Assembly (NCBI GenBank): GCA_964016885.1
Contig: OZ024743.1
Coordinates: forward strand, 358,856,001 to 358,920,000
Direction of reading: 5' to 3'
Source: Eledone cirrhosa
Taxonomy: Eukaryota
Length of the DNA stretch: 64,000 nt
How positions within the stretch are numbered: position 1 is the first letter of the stretch; every line of letters begins with the position of its first letter. Both the position numbers and the translations under genes were made by a program. Under the pieces are notes generated by a model. That model saw only the letters and a list, made by a program, of their open reading frames with translations, had not been told where the DNA came from and did no database searches. Positions 14,168 through 27,442 of this stretch are shown in pieces.

Positions 14168-14203
14168 TCTTCTGATGAAGGACTAGCGTCCGAAACGTTA
14201 AGA
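14168..14203 (+). ncRNA. Minimal type I hammerhead ribozyme (PLE pLTR type)
   Basis: tctt-CTGATGA-a-ggac tagc gtcc-GAAAC GT T-aaga; loopless palindromic stem III. Confidence 0.75.
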
Positions 14204-14282
14204 CCCTCTTCCTGCTATTTCAAGCGTTAACCTAATATACACTTTCCATATACTGTACCGATTGTGTTGTTATTTCTGTTTG

Positions 14283-14354
<72 letters not shown>

Positions 14355-14369
14355 GCACATACTCAAGAA

Positions 14370-14615
14370 GACTGTCTCCTGTTCATTTTCTCAGGGGTAC
14401 TGGCTGGCATTGGGTAGAGCCTATGACTTATTAGCTCTCACCAGCCTAGGCTCTGCTGCCTGCCAGGCCGAAGAGCTCAAACTGTCCAAGTATCAGCCGC
14501 TTTCGGATAGTTTTGTGGTAGAGCCTGTAGCAATAGAGACCTCCAGCGTTCTTGGCCCCCGGACCACATCCCTGCTAGTTGCTATTGGGGCGGAGTTGGC
14601 CGCCCGCGGGTGCAA
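14370..14615 (+). mobile_element. Fragment of the restriction-like endonuclease region of an RLE-type non-LTR retrotransposon
   Basis: SAACQAEELKLSKYQPLSDSFVVEPVAIETSSVLGP matches the AAxxAExxKxxKY...PxAxETxG pattern. Confidence 0.6.
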
Positions 14616-14629
14616 GCCCCGGCTGGTGG

Positions 14630-14940
14630 AATAGCTGTTCCAGCACGTTTCCCTTCCACCCAAATCGCATACATCAGCACTATCAATTGGTTCAACCCTT
14701 TCAGCATCAAAAAGGCCAAATTCACCCCGTTTGACATAGTTGACTTATACCAGTCGATCTCGGTGACCGTGTTGGATTTGGAGTTCATCAATACATATAC
14801 TGCCGCCCATGACTTAGGTAGACAGATCATTATAGACTGCAGAAAAACCCGCCTCTTCAGTAATGGTGTAGCCTGGACAAAAAAAACTCAACTACCTCAG
14901 AACAATTCGATGTCTCAATGGGATCATTTGATAAATAAAT
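14630..14940 (+). mobile_element. PLE RT fragment
   Basis: INWFN..FDIVDLYQSIS..RKTRLF..WTKK, followed by a frameshifted FDVSMGSFD. Confidence 0.75.
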
Positions 14941-14959
14941 AAAACATTATTTTTGTATA

Positions 14960-15090
14960 CGGCCCTTGCCATTGTGAGTTCAAATTCCGCCGAGGTTAAC
15001 TCCGCCTTTCATCCTCATGGGGTCGATAAAATAAAGTACCAGTAATACACTGGTTAATTGCTGGCCTTGTACCAAAAGTAGAAACAATTA
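14960..15090 (+). mobile_element. Nin-domain tRNA-SINE, partial
   Basis: gagttcaaattcc..gcctttcatcct..gggtcgataaaataaagtaccag. Confidence 0.8.
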
Positions 15091-15300
15091 TTTTTGTACA
15101 TTCTTTTCATGACAGAGCGTAGGTATATCTAAAGAAACTTCTGCATGGTTTGTTTTTATTTAAGTTAACATGTTTTTTGAAAGAAGTCAATAAAATTCAC
15201 AGTTGTTTGATTCTTCGCGCTATATTTTATGTATGTTAAAATTTTACGTTGTCGTGGTAATGACTGCAATATTAATAAAACAGGAAGCAGTGGTAGTATC

Positions 15301-15379
<79 letters not shown>

Positions 15380-15457
15380 TTAATAAATAAAACAACACAA
15401 ACACAATGCAAAAATACATAATTATATTAGGTGCACGCTTGGAGGAAGTGGAGGAGG

Positions 15458-15493
15458 GTTCGACGTTTCGGACAGAAGTCCTTCATCAGGAGT
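15458..15493 (-). ncRNA. Minimal type I hammerhead ribozyme
   Basis: Reverse complement reads tc-CTGATGA-a-ggac ttct gtcc-GAAAC GT C-ga. Confidence 0.75.
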
Positions 15494-15714
15494 TCGGATA
15501 AGGAGAGAACAGGTAGATATATGAGTAGTGTGTGAGCATTAGGAAAGGAAGTTAGGAAAAGGGGGGTTGGGAGGAGAAAGATAGGTAGGGGGAGGTGCGT
15601 GAACATTCTGGCGGAAGGGGGACAAAGTGAAGGGTACAAGGGTTTCATGGCTATGGTTGTGTGTGTGCCGAAGCTAAGAAATTGGTAGATGTGTGTGACT
15701 TCTGTCTCTGTGTG

Positions 15715-15860
15715 CATATGTGTGGACACGTGGGTGTATGTGTGGACACGTGGGTGTCTGTGTGGACACGTGGGTGTATGTGTGGACACGTGGGTGTATG
15801 TGTGGACACGTGGGTGTCTGTGTGGACACGTGGGTGTATGTGTGGACACGTGGGTGTCTG
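15715..15860. repeat. 20-bp minisatellite tgtggacacgtgggtgt(a/c)tg x7
   Basis: Read directly from the sequence. Confidence 0.95.
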
Positions 15861-16229
15861 ACCGTCTTATGTAGTTGGTGTGCGCACATCGGTATATGTG
15901 TGTGTGTGTGTGTGTTTATCAGTGAGTTTGTAGTTGCTTATGTGTGTGAGTATGTGTGCTCGTGTATGTGTGTGTGTGGGGGTGGGTTGGGGTGGGGTGG
16001 GGCGCTTACTGCTCTTGTTTCTATGTATGTGAGTGCGTACGATTGTGTGTGTGTGTGTGTGTGTGTATTACCACGTGTGTGTGAGTATGTCTACACGCGG
16101 TTCTGTGTAGGTGTGTATGTGAGTGTGTCCATTTGTGTGTAAGTGTATTTTCACATGTGTGTATGTGTGTCTGCACCTGTGTTGGTGGCTTATTATCTGT
16201 AAAGGAAAGCTTATTTATGTGTTTATGCT

Positions 16230-16233
16230 TGGG

Positions 16234-16295
<62 letters not shown>

Positions 16296-16477
16296 TAAGA
16301 CTTTTCCTATTGTTTCTATCTATGTGGGTGAGTATTTCCATGTGTGCATCGGATGCTTGTGTATATGTTTGTATCGACGTGAGCACTGTGGTTGTGTTTG
16401 GTCAGTAGCAGAAAGATTTTATGTACATGTGTGTAAGGGTGGATGTCTGTATGTTTTTGTATGTGTGTATGTGTGTA

Positions 16478-16550
<73 letters not shown>

Positions 16551-16733
16551 CTGCGACTTTTCCTATTGTTTCTATCTATGTGGGTGAGTATTTCCATGTG
16601 TGCATCGGATGCTTGTGTATATGTTTGTATCGACGTGAGCACTGTGGTTGTGTTTGATCAGGAGGAGAAAGATTTTATGTACATGTGTGTGAGGGTGGAT
16701 GTCTGTATGTTTTTGTATGTGTGTATGTGTGTA

Positions 16734-16772
<39 letters not shown>
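16230..16772. repeat. ~256-bp tandem duplication bounded by (TG)n
   Basis: cctattgtttctatctatgtgggtgag at ~16306 and ~16562. Confidence 0.85.
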
Positions 16773-16774
<2 letters not shown>

Positions 16775-16911
16775 TGGACAATTCGCGTGTAATCCTGTAC
16801 AGAGCAGAGGTCGCACATTTGTGTGCAAAGCTAGGAAAGGTTTGGTTGGAGCGGAAGTAGGAGAGGAGGGTGAGTGGGAGGTGGTGGCGTATGCAGAATG
16901 GAAGTGAGTGT

Positions 16912-16942
<31 letters not shown>

Positions 16943-18425
16943 AAGATATGAGGCGGGGTGATGGTGGAGGGGAGTGCATGGTGTGTTTGTATGATGATAA
17001 AGAGCGAAGGTAGATGGCAGGTGAGGTGGGTAGGTGCTATTGGTGTTAGTTGTTAGTGCTGTTGATGGGGTGAGCGGAAGGTGGGTCATATGGGTGTGAT
17101 AGGTAAACTGTTAGTGTGTGCATGTGAGTGTGTGTGAGTGTGATTTGTTTCTCATGTTTCTATGTATGTGAGTATGTAAGTTTGTGTATGTGCTGTGTGT
17201 GTATGGTCATGTCGGAGTTGTAGGTGGTGTTGGATACATGTGTATGGGTGATAGAGGGTGAAGTGGTGTGGTAGAAGGGCGGGTGGTGTTGGTCCCTTAG
17301 TGGATTAGGGGTTGCTAGGGTGGAGTAAAGGAGAGGGTTGTGGTAAGGTAGTAACTGGTGTAGGTGTGTGGGTGGGGGTGGGGGGGGAGTGGTGGGTTGT
17401 ACAGGGGGGGGGGATTTAGACCGTTACTGGTATAGGTCTGGAGAAAAAAAATTGTTCGTTACTCATATCTGGGCTCCGGAGCACGCAATAAGGCCGCAGC
17501 AGTGAGGTTGCGCGGGGGGAGGGGGGTCCGGTGGAGCGGAAGTGTCTGGCGACCCGTGACCATCTGTCGAGCCGGATGTCTCGGAGGTGCTCGGCAAACC
17601 GTTCCGCCAATCGCCGCCTTGTCTGTCCGATGTAGGCAGCTCCACATAGCGTGTAGTGGAGCCCGTAGACATGACTGGAAGAGGTTCGGCGGAAAGAATC
17701 CCGAACTCGAAGGGATTGGCGGTTGGGCCTACAGAAGGCGGTGGTGTTGGTGACGTAATGGCAAGTGTGGCAGCGGTGTCGGGAGCAGGGGAGGGATCGA
17801 GGGATCAGGAGGAGGAATTGGGGGAGGAAGGGAGCTATGGACGAAGAAGTTCTGGATGTTGTGAGTGCGCTTGAAAGACGGGAGGGGGTGACAGTGGGAA
17901 GATGGTGGAATTGTAAGGTCCGACCGGAGGCGGCGGAAGGGGCGGAGAATCATCCGCTGGAGGGACAATGTGGCGGAGTGGTAGGTAAGGGGGGAAAGGG
18001 AGTGGGTTGGGGGGGGGGGGGGGCGAAAGCGTGGGGTGAGGGCGGCGTGCTGTCGGCAGTGTGGACGTTGGTGAGAGTAGCGTGGACAAAGGAGCGGGGT
18101 AACCTCTCCGAGTGAAGTGCCCAACTTAATAAAGGGCCTGAGCCTCGACGTTCTAGATTCGACTGCTTAGGCGGCGGAGTCGGAGACATTGGGAATAGGG
18201 GATAGAAAGTTTGGCTTAGGTGGGTTTGGAGGAGATGAAATCGAATTAGGAATGGGAGTCAGTGGGTTTAAAGAAGGCGGAGATTATGTTTGAGCGATAT
18301 TTATTTTCGGTACAGATTAAAGTTCAAGCAAAGAATTTCTGCCGTAATAGGGAGAAAGCAGACTTTTTTTGCTTAAACTTCAATCTGTACTAATAAAAAA
18401 TATTTACTATACGGGTTTATATATA

Positions 18426-18489
<64 letters not shown>

Positions 18490-18747
18490 AAAGAATAGAG
18501 GTGTAACACACAAGTTATTATATATTGGTAAACGGAATAGAAATGCGCAACCGGTAAAAACTTAAAAACTTAAAACCACAACTGAATACTAACCCATACA
18601 ATCACTAATACTCTTTTATTCCTAATTAAACCATTTTTCAACTGTGAACAATTTGTCAGCATTTTCTATTCCGTTTACCAATATATATATATATATATAT
18701 ATATATACGATATTAATAAATGGAAACTATATTTATAAAACCATATT

Positions 18748-18812
18748 TATTTCATTATACATATTTCAAGGATACCAAGTTAAATTATGGTATGCCTTCA
18801 TCAGATAAAATA
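18748..18812 (-). ncRNA. Type I hammerhead ribozyme (family D, inverted copy)
   Basis: Reverse complement of the 18951-19013 motif. Confidence 0.7.
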
Positions 18813-18950
18813 CAATATATACCAGTTTTACAAATAAGCATTGACGTACCCTTTCAAAATGCGACCATTACTTTTGGAAGACATCAGGATAGTAACGGTC
18901 GCATTTTGAAAGGGTACGTCAATGTTTATTTATAAAACTGGTATATATTG

Positions 18951-19013
18951 TATTTTATCTGATGAAGGCATACCATAATTTAATGGTATCCTTGAAATAT
19001 GTATAATGAAATA
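18951..19013 (+). ncRNA. Type I hammerhead ribozyme (family D)
   Basis: tattttat-CTGATGA-aggcatacca..tggtatcctt-GAAAT atgt ATA-atgaaata; 8-bp stem I. Confidence 0.75.
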
Positions 19014-19164
19014 AATATTGTTTTATAAATATAGTTTCCATTTATTAATATTGTATATCTACTCCAAATACTTGTCGAGTGCTTTATATCAGTTATAAAA
19101 ATATTTGCTTGTTGTATCCCAACAATTTAAATAGAACTTTTGCATATATATATATATATTTATA

Positions 19165-19340
19165 CGTTATTCCGGGTTGAATCGGAGGTAACCACAGTAA
19201 GTAAGGTACTCAATACATAGCAGAGTATAAAAGTTTTAATATAGATGAGATTCTACAGGACTAGAACTGTTTCATTCTTTAGAAATCATCTCTAAAGAAT
19301 GAAACAGTTCTAGTCCTGTAGAATCTCATCTATATTAAAA

Positions 19341-19348
<8 letters not shown>
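19165..19348 (-). mobile_element. Family F short element, fold-back through a truncated HHR core
   Basis: Hairpin 19225-19348; the minus strand reads GATGA-tttct aa agaat-GAAACAG..CTGTA. Confidence 0.65.
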
Positions 19349-19387
<39 letters not shown>

Positions 19388-19390
<3 letters not shown>

Positions 19391-19577
19391 AACCAGTAAG
19401 ACCCCGACAGCTGAGCTCAAGCCGTTTCGACGGCTAATTCTGGACTGAATTAGCCGGCGAAACGGCTTGAGCTCAGCTGTCGGGTTCTTACTGGTTCCTA
19501 TTACCCACTCTACTGCCTCAAGTATTGAGTACTTTGGTGCGTTATGGTCCACCTGGTTCCTTACCACATTTCCTTCG

Positions 19578-19580
<3 letters not shown>
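19388..19580 (+). mobile_element. Family A element with a fold-back 5' end in (TA)n
   Basis: Hairpin 19388-19500; the body matches 49040-49171. Confidence 0.85.
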
Positions 19581-19620
<40 letters not shown>

Positions 19621-20531
19621 CCTTATCGAGCCCTCTTCGGATTTTGGTCTTCGTAATTATTATTACTATATATACATAATATAAATATGCATGACAGTAT
19701 ATATATATATATATATATTCTTCTATATGTTTGCTTAGAGCGGTCTTTCTAGTATACGGGCTTCTGATTTGCTGCCTATGGACAGTCATTCTTTGTCAGC
19801 GTGTTAGTCCCGTCTGTCAAACATAATGTTCATGGCAACTTCGGCGGGTTATGACAAATTAATTTTTCCGAGTTGCATGAGAAGTCATTTCTAATTTTGA
19901 AGATGAGAAATTCATGACCTTCCAATAGGTAGTTGCACATTCCACAATAGAGCCGGTTACATCTTTTCACATGAGGTTTGCAGCTCTGTCCTTGTCAGTA
20001 TTTCATGACTTTTGGCCACCCCTGTCCCTGTACCTCTGGTTCATCTTTAAAACAGTCATTACGTTAGGGTTCCTCTATATTATTCCTCCTGTTAGGATTT
20101 TGTATGTAATCATTTTTGCAATTGTTCTGTATTTCCTTATTGTATCCGTTATAATGTTCCTTAAACTTATGTGTTGTGAGTTGGTTTCGGTTCAGTCTGG
20201 GATTATATCTATAGTTCCCTGTGTTGGGTTTATTCTCTCTGAAGTTTGGATTTATGTTTATTGTTCTGTCTTTATATGTATTTTCCTTGGGACTATTCCT
20301 GTTTTGTCCAAGATTGTTAATGTACATCCGAGTACGGGGTGTGTTATTACTCCTTGCTGGTCGATTATGTGTTGAAATGGTGAAGGTTTTCTTATAAAGC
20401 TTTTTTCAAAATGTCTGTCTAAATCTTGTCTATATTGGGGTTTCCTTTGATAAGTTGAATATTGGGATTGTGTTGTTTGGGTGGTGTCAGTATGGGTTTT
20501 CGTGTTGATATCTATTAACGTATATATGTAA

Positions 20532-20593
<62 letters not shown>

Positions 20594-20626
20594 GCACACA
20601 CACACATATATATATACACACACACA

Positions 20627-20702
20627 CAGGGTGTTCCAAAAATGTATATATACTATTATTAGAATGTTGTTGAGGAGTGTATACATTTTTTGTGACACCC
20701 TA
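20627..20702. mobile_element. Tiny Tc1/mariner-type MITE
   Basis: TIRs cagggtgttccaaaaatgtata / tatacattttttgtgacacccta. Confidence 0.55.
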
Positions 20703-20740
20703 TATGTGTAAATATTTAGGTTTATAAATATATAAACATA

Positions 20741-20861
<121 letters not shown>

Positions 20862-21006
20862 CACATATATATACATACGTCAATATATATAAACACATAC
20901 ATAAACACACTCAAATTTATAGTTTATATACACTGAAATACGCACATATATATGCGTATGTAACACACACACACCCATGCACACACACACACACACACAC
21001 GCACAC

Positions 21007-21097
<91 letters not shown>

Positions 21098-21171
21098 AAA
21101 TGGTTCCAGTAAATATACTTGATTTGGTCTACGCAAACGAAATTTAAATTCAGAAAGTCAGAAAGTTCCTC

Positions 21172-21217
<46 letters not shown>

Positions 21218-21620
21218 AGGTGTGTTTTTATTATTATCCTTTCCCTTATATACATATAGAACGACAATAATTATACATATTTCAAGGACACCAAGTTAAA
21301 TTAACTTGGTGTCCTTGAAATATGTATAATGAAATAAATATGGTTTTATAAATATAGTTTCCATTTGTTAATATCGTATATATATATATATATATATATA
21401 TATAGCAAGATGTATGGTAGGTCGTATGTGAATCGCGATGATCACGCCTGACCTACCAAATATGCGACGGTAGCTAGTTAAGCTCTATGCGTATAAGCAG
21501 CCCCCTTAGAATATAGACCCCAAATATACAAGCGGAGCTGCTGATGTATACCACAATTTCAAACTGCTAATCTTGAGTGAAACGTTGATGTAAATAATGA
21601 ACTTGCAATCACATGTTATA

Positions 21621-21667
21621 TGCCTTGAAAAGTCCCACCATATGGTCGGACGAAACGGCTGTCGGCA
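21621..21667 (+). ncRNA. Type I hammerhead ribozyme, U3-A8 variant
   Basis: tgcc-TTGAAAA-gtcc caccatatggtc ggac-GAAAC ggct GTC-ggca, followed by AATAAA. Confidence 0.75.
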
Positions 21668-21711
21668 ATAAACTTGTTATAATGTCATAATAGTTCCTTT
21701 GTTCTTTTTCA

Positions 21712-21783
<72 letters not shown>

Positions 21784-21964
21784 TCGCTTTACGCGTTTCA
21801 CTTGTCCCAATAGCTTATTTTAGTTATTGCTCGCACCAACCTGAGGTATCTGATTTTTAATGCGATGAAATACCAATGATGGTTGGCAAATCACTGATGA
21901 GGGACTAATTTTATAATATGTAATCCATGTGCAACCATGCATTATTCTGCTCCCCTTGTTTTTC

Positions 21965-22050
<86 letters not shown>

Positions 22051-22157
22051 GAGAATTACATATATATAATGCGAAGAAATACCTATGATGGCTAGTAGAC
22101 CACTGATGATAGATAGTCCTGGCTTCTATTTCTAATTCTTCATTTTATTATATACAA

Positions 22158-22343
22158 GGGCGGTGAATTGGCAGTATCGGTAGAGGGTCGGACGCCATGC
22201 TTTGACGCATAGAGTTACGGTCCTTGCCATTCTGAGTTCAAATCCCGTCGAGGTTAACTTTGCTTTTCATCCTTACGGGTCGATAAAATAAAGTACCAGT
22301 AATGCACTGGGTATTTGCTGGCCTTGTGCCAAAAAGAAGAAAC

Positions 22344-22350
<7 letters not shown>
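22158..22350 (+). mobile_element. Nin-domain tRNA-SINE, full length
   Basis: A box tggcagtatcggt, B box gagttcaaatcc, Nin/Deu core ctttgc(t/c)tttcatcct..gggtcgataaaataaagtaccag. Confidence 0.85.
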
Positions 22351-22400
<50 letters not shown>

Positions 22401-22811
22401 CACACTCACACACATACACACAAGCACAGATATATAGATACATATGCGATGTTTTCAGCTTGTACAAGTATTCTGTCGCCAATAATTTTCCCAGGGACTT
22501 GTACACATGTGTGTATTTATTTATATAAAGTCTTTACATCTTTAAGTCTATATTTCTTCCTTCTTAGCTTTTATAATATTTTTTATTAACTTTTATCAAA
22601 TTTATATATATTTTTTATTCATAATATTGTAAAAAAGTTTAAAATTCTTTTTTCATTTGATTTTATAGACTAGTTTGACGCTCATTTTCTGTAGTTAACT
22701 TAGATTTTCTATGGTGTAACTTCGTATTTTTTTAAAAATGTAAACAATCCCTTTGGCCGTTAGCTGCAAGGTATTAAGATGAGATTATAATAAGGTTTCT
22801 ATATTAAATAT

Positions 22812-22857
22812 CTGGTCTTGAAAAGTCCCAGGAGGGGATGAAATGTTCGTTAATCAG
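22812..22857 (+). ncRNA. Degenerate U3-A8 hammerhead
   Basis: ctggtc-TTGAAAA-gtccc agga ggggat-GAAAT gttc GTT-aatcag. Confidence 0.45.
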
Positions 22858-23063
22858 CATTTAATGTATTAATGTATTTAGTGTCATTTTATATGAATAA
22901 TTTGCTTCTAGTTGTTATTTTTGCTAGTTGTTATTTTTGGCACAATAGAAGTTTGTATACATGCCATTTTGATTTTGAGCTGTGTTTAACCTCTCTAACT
23001 ATGGTTATAACTTTTTATATTGTTTTTGTGAAAAACGATATATAGTTAATATATATATATATA

Positions 23064-23324
23064 TGACACACACAAAAACAAGATGGCGTAGGACAGAACA
23101 AAGGAGAGGCACAAAAACAAAGAAAAGAATCCCCAGTCACTGAAGAGGTCACAGAATGTGTGACGAAAGAACTTTGACAATATATAAACAATCATCTGGT
23201 TTTGGAACCAACCAACCAACCGGATATTTATAAATTCCTAAATTTATAAATTTATTATAATAAATTGAAGTGAAAGCAACTGGTGCGTGTGTTTCTTATT
23301 GGCAACATGACCCTCCCAAAGTAT

Positions 23325-23332
<8 letters not shown>
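23064..23332 (+). mobile_element. Family C solo pLTR of a PLE, in (TA)n
   Basis: Reverse-complement similarity to 46400-46620 and 13190-13390. Confidence 0.75.
23136..23178 (+). ncRNA. Type I hammerhead ribozyme (family C)
   Basis: gtca-CTGAAGA-g-gtcac agaatgt gtgac-GAAAG aa CTT-tgac. Confidence 0.75.
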
Positions 23333-23371
<39 letters not shown>

Positions 23372-23372
23372 T

Positions 23373-23405
<33 letters not shown>

Positions 23406-23424
23406 CATATATATATACATTTAT

Positions 23425-23486
<62 letters not shown>

Positions 23487-23717
23487 ACAGTGAGGGCTTT
23501 TTGAAAATTTTATTTATTCGTTATAAAAGTTCAATGATAGTATTCTGGCATCCAATATTTTTAGACGCAATCCACCACGTGTGCGTGTGTATATGTGCGT
23601 ATGAATATGTATGTGTGTATACATGCATTTGTGAATGTTTGTGTGTATGTATATATGTGTATATATTCACATACACACACACATATATATGTATACATAC
23701 GTTTATATATATATGTG

Positions 23718-23783
<66 letters not shown>

Positions 23784-24112
23784 AATATTGTTATATTTGG
23801 GGAGGGTCATATTTGCGTAATATTGCCAGAATTAATAACAGAACACACTCACTGTTTGGTTGGTTTTCGCTTCTCGCTGTCTTTTATATCTGCGATCTAA
23901 CTTACTCGGTCCTCAATGTTGCCATTGACTGACCAGCGGTCAAAAATAATACAGATACAATATAGACACAAACACATATATATAGTTTACATAATTTACA
24001 TAAATCTTTCGTTGCACATCTGCAACATCGTCAGTGGTGTTATAGTCATTGTTCCTCCTGTTGTGTTGTATGTCTACGCCATTTTTTATTCAGTCTGTCT
24101 ATCTGACACACA

Positions 24113-24164
<52 letters not shown>

Positions 24165-24168
<4 letters not shown>

Positions 24169-24325
24169 AGTATATGTTGGTTGTATACCAACACCTAAGT
24201 ATGCAGATTGGAGCACTCGACGGAGTGCGCAGGTTGGTTTGGTTACTCCGGAGTAATGTAAAATAAAGTAAAATAAATAAGTCAAATGTTTAACATTTTA
24301 AACATTTGACTTATTTATTTTATTT

Positions 24326-24332
<7 letters not shown>
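24165..24332 (-). mobile_element. Family H pLTR tail with a fold-back hairpin
   Basis: Reverse complement of 59097-59213; hairpin ~24260-24332. Confidence 0.75.
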
Positions 24333-24356
<24 letters not shown>

Positions 24357-24411
24357 CACGTACACACGAGGTCAACTTTGCTTTTCAGCCTCCTTCCGGG
24401 GTCGATAAATA

Positions 24412-24597
24412 TAGTTGTTTCTATTTTTGGCACAAGGCCAGCAATAACCCAGTACATTACTGGTACTTTATTTTATCGACCCCATAAGGATGAGAGGCAA
24501 AGTTAACCTCGGCGGGATTTGAACTCAGACCGTAAAGGGACGTAACTATGCTGGAAACATGACATCCGACGCTCTACCGATACTGCCAATCCACCGC
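24412..24597 (-). mobile_element. Nin-domain tRNA-SINE nested in an older SINE; another older copy at ~24690-24885
   Basis: Matches 22158-22350. Confidence 0.8.
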
Positions 24598-25862
24598 AGT
24601 ACCAGTCAATTAATAAGCCAATGTAACCGATATCCCCCTTCCATCAAAATTGCTGGCTTTGTGCCTAAATTAGAAACTTGTATGTTAGATTAACAGAATC
24701 ATTAGAGTATTGTGCAAATGTTTGTGCTATTTGTTCCGACTCAGTATGTTCTGAGTTTAAATCCCGCTGAAATCAACTTTGTCTTTCATCATTCCCAGGT
24801 CAATAAAATAAAGTACCTGTAACGTAGTAGAGTTAATATAATTGACTTTCTCTTCCTATCAAATTGCTGGTTTTATGCCTAAAATAGCTATCATTATAAT
24901 TATTGTTATTGTTGTTGATGGTGGTGAAGAACGAGATAGAAAAATTATTTTGCCAACAAAAGGGATTGGGGTATATTTGAGCGTCCACCTCATTAATTTA
25001 GAATTAAAAATAACTGGTTTAGAATTGAAAATACCTTAGGTATTAGAATATATATTTGCAAGCATGAAATGTTAATTAGTATGGTTTCCTCTGAAGGAGT
25101 AGTCAAAGGCAGAGATAGAAATGGGTTTAGGAACTAAGGTACGCTTAGGTCTGTGGAAGCTGAAATTTAGAAAAAATGGTAGGAAGGTCCAACTAAAAGT
25201 AAAAGAACGCAATCCTCTTGCGTACCCTCATATTGTTTTGTCGCTGGTATGAGTATCTAACCGCAAAGGTAGAAGCAGCAGATACGTTACCAAGTATTTA
25301 AAAAAATCCATAAAAATATCCTTATATAAAAAGACAATCAAATGCAAAAAGAGAAGGTGTCTTTCACATGGGACTGTCCGAGACCTACGGTTGTAAGAAT
25401 TATAAACGTGGACCAGTTAGATATGTAAGACCTAGATGAAACAGGGAGGTGGAGGACTTAGGGTATGATTGTATAGAACACGCGAATGACAGACTACCGT
25501 TGAAACCCATACTACTTTGGCCGCAGTCAAGCTGAATTGTTAAGAATTTCACATCGCTCTCATAGGGTCCAAAGTTCGATTTTACTGAATGGCATCTTGG
25601 ACAAGAGTCATTTACCATAGCATCAAGTTGATCCATATCGCGTGAGTGAAATGGATCGACGGAATCTGTTTGGGAGACTGTCAGATGGCCTGTACATGTA
25701 ATTCACAGAACAAGCTTTGTTGCACAGTATCACACCGGATTTCCCTGAAAATTATATTTATTTATTTGTGTATTTCACCTAAAATTAGAATATAATATAA
25801 AGTATATGTTTTTGACACAACTCCAGTTTTTATGTATGTACGTCATCATCATCGTTCGACTG

Positions 25863-26560
25863 GTATAGGACAGTGATGTAATTGTTATGCGTTTTAGTGT
25901 AGGACGGTAATGTTATTGTTGTTATGTGTCTTAGTATAGGACAGTAATGTTATTGTTGTTATGTGTCTTAGTAGAGGACAATGATGTTATTGTTATGTGT
26001 CTTAGTAGAGGACGGTGATGTTATTGTTGTTATGTGTTTTAGTGTAGGACGGTGATGTTATTGTTGTTATGTGTCTTAGTATAGGACAGTGATGTTATTG
26101 TTGTTATGTGTCTTAGTGTAGGACAGTGATGTTATTGTTGTTATGTGTCTTAGTGTAGGACAGTGATGTAATTGTTGTTATGTGTCTTAGTGTAGGACGG
26201 TAATGTTATTGTTGTTATGTGTCTTAGTATAGGACAGTGATGTTATTGTTGTTATGTGTCTTAGTGTAGGACGGTAATGTTATTGTTGTTATGTGTCTTA
26301 GTGTCAGACGGTGATGTTATTGTTGTTATGTGTCTTAGTGTAGGACAGTGATGTTATTGTTGTTATGTGTCTTAGTGTAGGACAGTGATGTAATTGCTGT
26401 TATGTGTTTTAGTGTCAGACGGTGATGTTATTGTTGTTATGTGTCTTAGTGTCAGACGGTGATGTTATTGTTGTTATGTGTCTTAGTATAGGACAGTAAT
26501 GTTATTGTAGTTATGTGTTTTAGTGTAGGACGGTGATATAATTGTTGTTATGTGTTTTAT
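25863..26560. repeat. 37-bp minisatellite (ttagtgtaggacagtgatgttattgttgttatgtgtc), ~19 copies
   Basis: Period seen at 26111 and 26148. Confidence 0.95.
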
Positions 26561-27257
26561 CGTCAGGTGGCCATTGTGTTGCTTATCTACTGTGTGGGCT
26601 GTGTTATATTAATGGGTGGCAGCTGTGTAGAATATATGAATTGTGTTAAATGTTGATGTTATAGTGTTATATAAGATTATATGTTGTGATATTTTACTGG
26701 ATGTTAATTGAGTATGTGTTGCGTGTGGTATTGTTTGGTGATAACTCAGTTCAGTATGTGTTGAGTGATTTGTGTTATTATATTTGTTGGTTATTATACA
26801 AGGTATGTGTTGTGTGTAGAGAGTGCTATTTAATTGAAAGTCTCTTGTGTAGAGTATTTGTGCCTCAGGTGTGTAATGTAGCAAGCCCTGGTAAAGTTTG
26901 TATGTTTTTTTTTTATCATTCCTTGTATATCAATTATTATTGATGCTGTATCTACCCAACATCTTGCTTACTTCAATTTCAAGATCTTGGTATTTTGTCA
27001 CTTTCTTTATCTCCTTCCGGGAAATGTTTTGGTCACAAGGGATCAAGATGCTTCATTCCAGACCTTGATTATCTGGGTAGTTTGTCTCGATATCCTTGTT
27101 TGTCTAGATACGTATGTCTCAAATGATTGTGGCCAGTTTGTTATTCTGTACTGTTTGATACATGTTTATGTCTCCTTGTCCGCTTCCATGTCGAAGTGTC
27201 ATATTGCCTAGTACCGCCTCGGTCATGTTTGTGAGCATACTCAGGCTTCATTTGATA

Positions 27258-27442
27258 CAGGTAAAATTCCGTTATAACGAATACCATTTTAACGAAGTTT
27301 TCAGTATAACGAAACTTTTTTCAATTCTCGAGATAATAACAAACCAACGCTCAATTTGTCTCGGTCGATCTCGTTATAAAGAATTTTTCGTTACAACGAA
27401 TTTTTTATACCCCGTGAATTTCGTTATAACAGAATTTCCCTG
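27258..27442. mobile_element. Tigger/pogo-like MITE
   Basis: TA flanks; TIRs caggtaaaattccgttataacgaa / ttcgttataacagaatttccctg. Confidence 0.75.

Larger units (their letters stand above)
15430..18240 (-). mobile_element. 3' part of a PLE: linker/GIY-YIG remnant (17416-18240), long CA-rich 3' region and terminal HHR-bearing pLTR
   Basis: MWSCLHRTDKAAIG/ERFAEHLRDIR..VARHF is a frameshifted GIY-YIG; FQHLQSDxTIxxIF-like linker; HHR at 15458-15493 on the same strand. Confidence 0.7.
18700..19145 (+). mobile_element. Family D HHR-bearing element with an inverted duplication
   Basis: Arms ~18705-18872 and ~18891-19055; other copies at 21270-21380 and 59480-59720. Confidence 0.85.

Noticed and set aside
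19740-20520. Asn-rich minus-strand ORF fragments as a host gene
   Set aside because: They are short and broken, with no motif I can recognise; possibly a transposon remnant but unsupported.
22165-22250. tRNA genes
   Set aside because: The A/B boxes belong to SINE heads; there is no full cloverleaf and a SINE body follows.
25863-26560. 37-bp periodic array as a CRISPR
   Set aside because: The units are contiguous with no unique spacers, there are no cas genes, and the context is eukaryotic.
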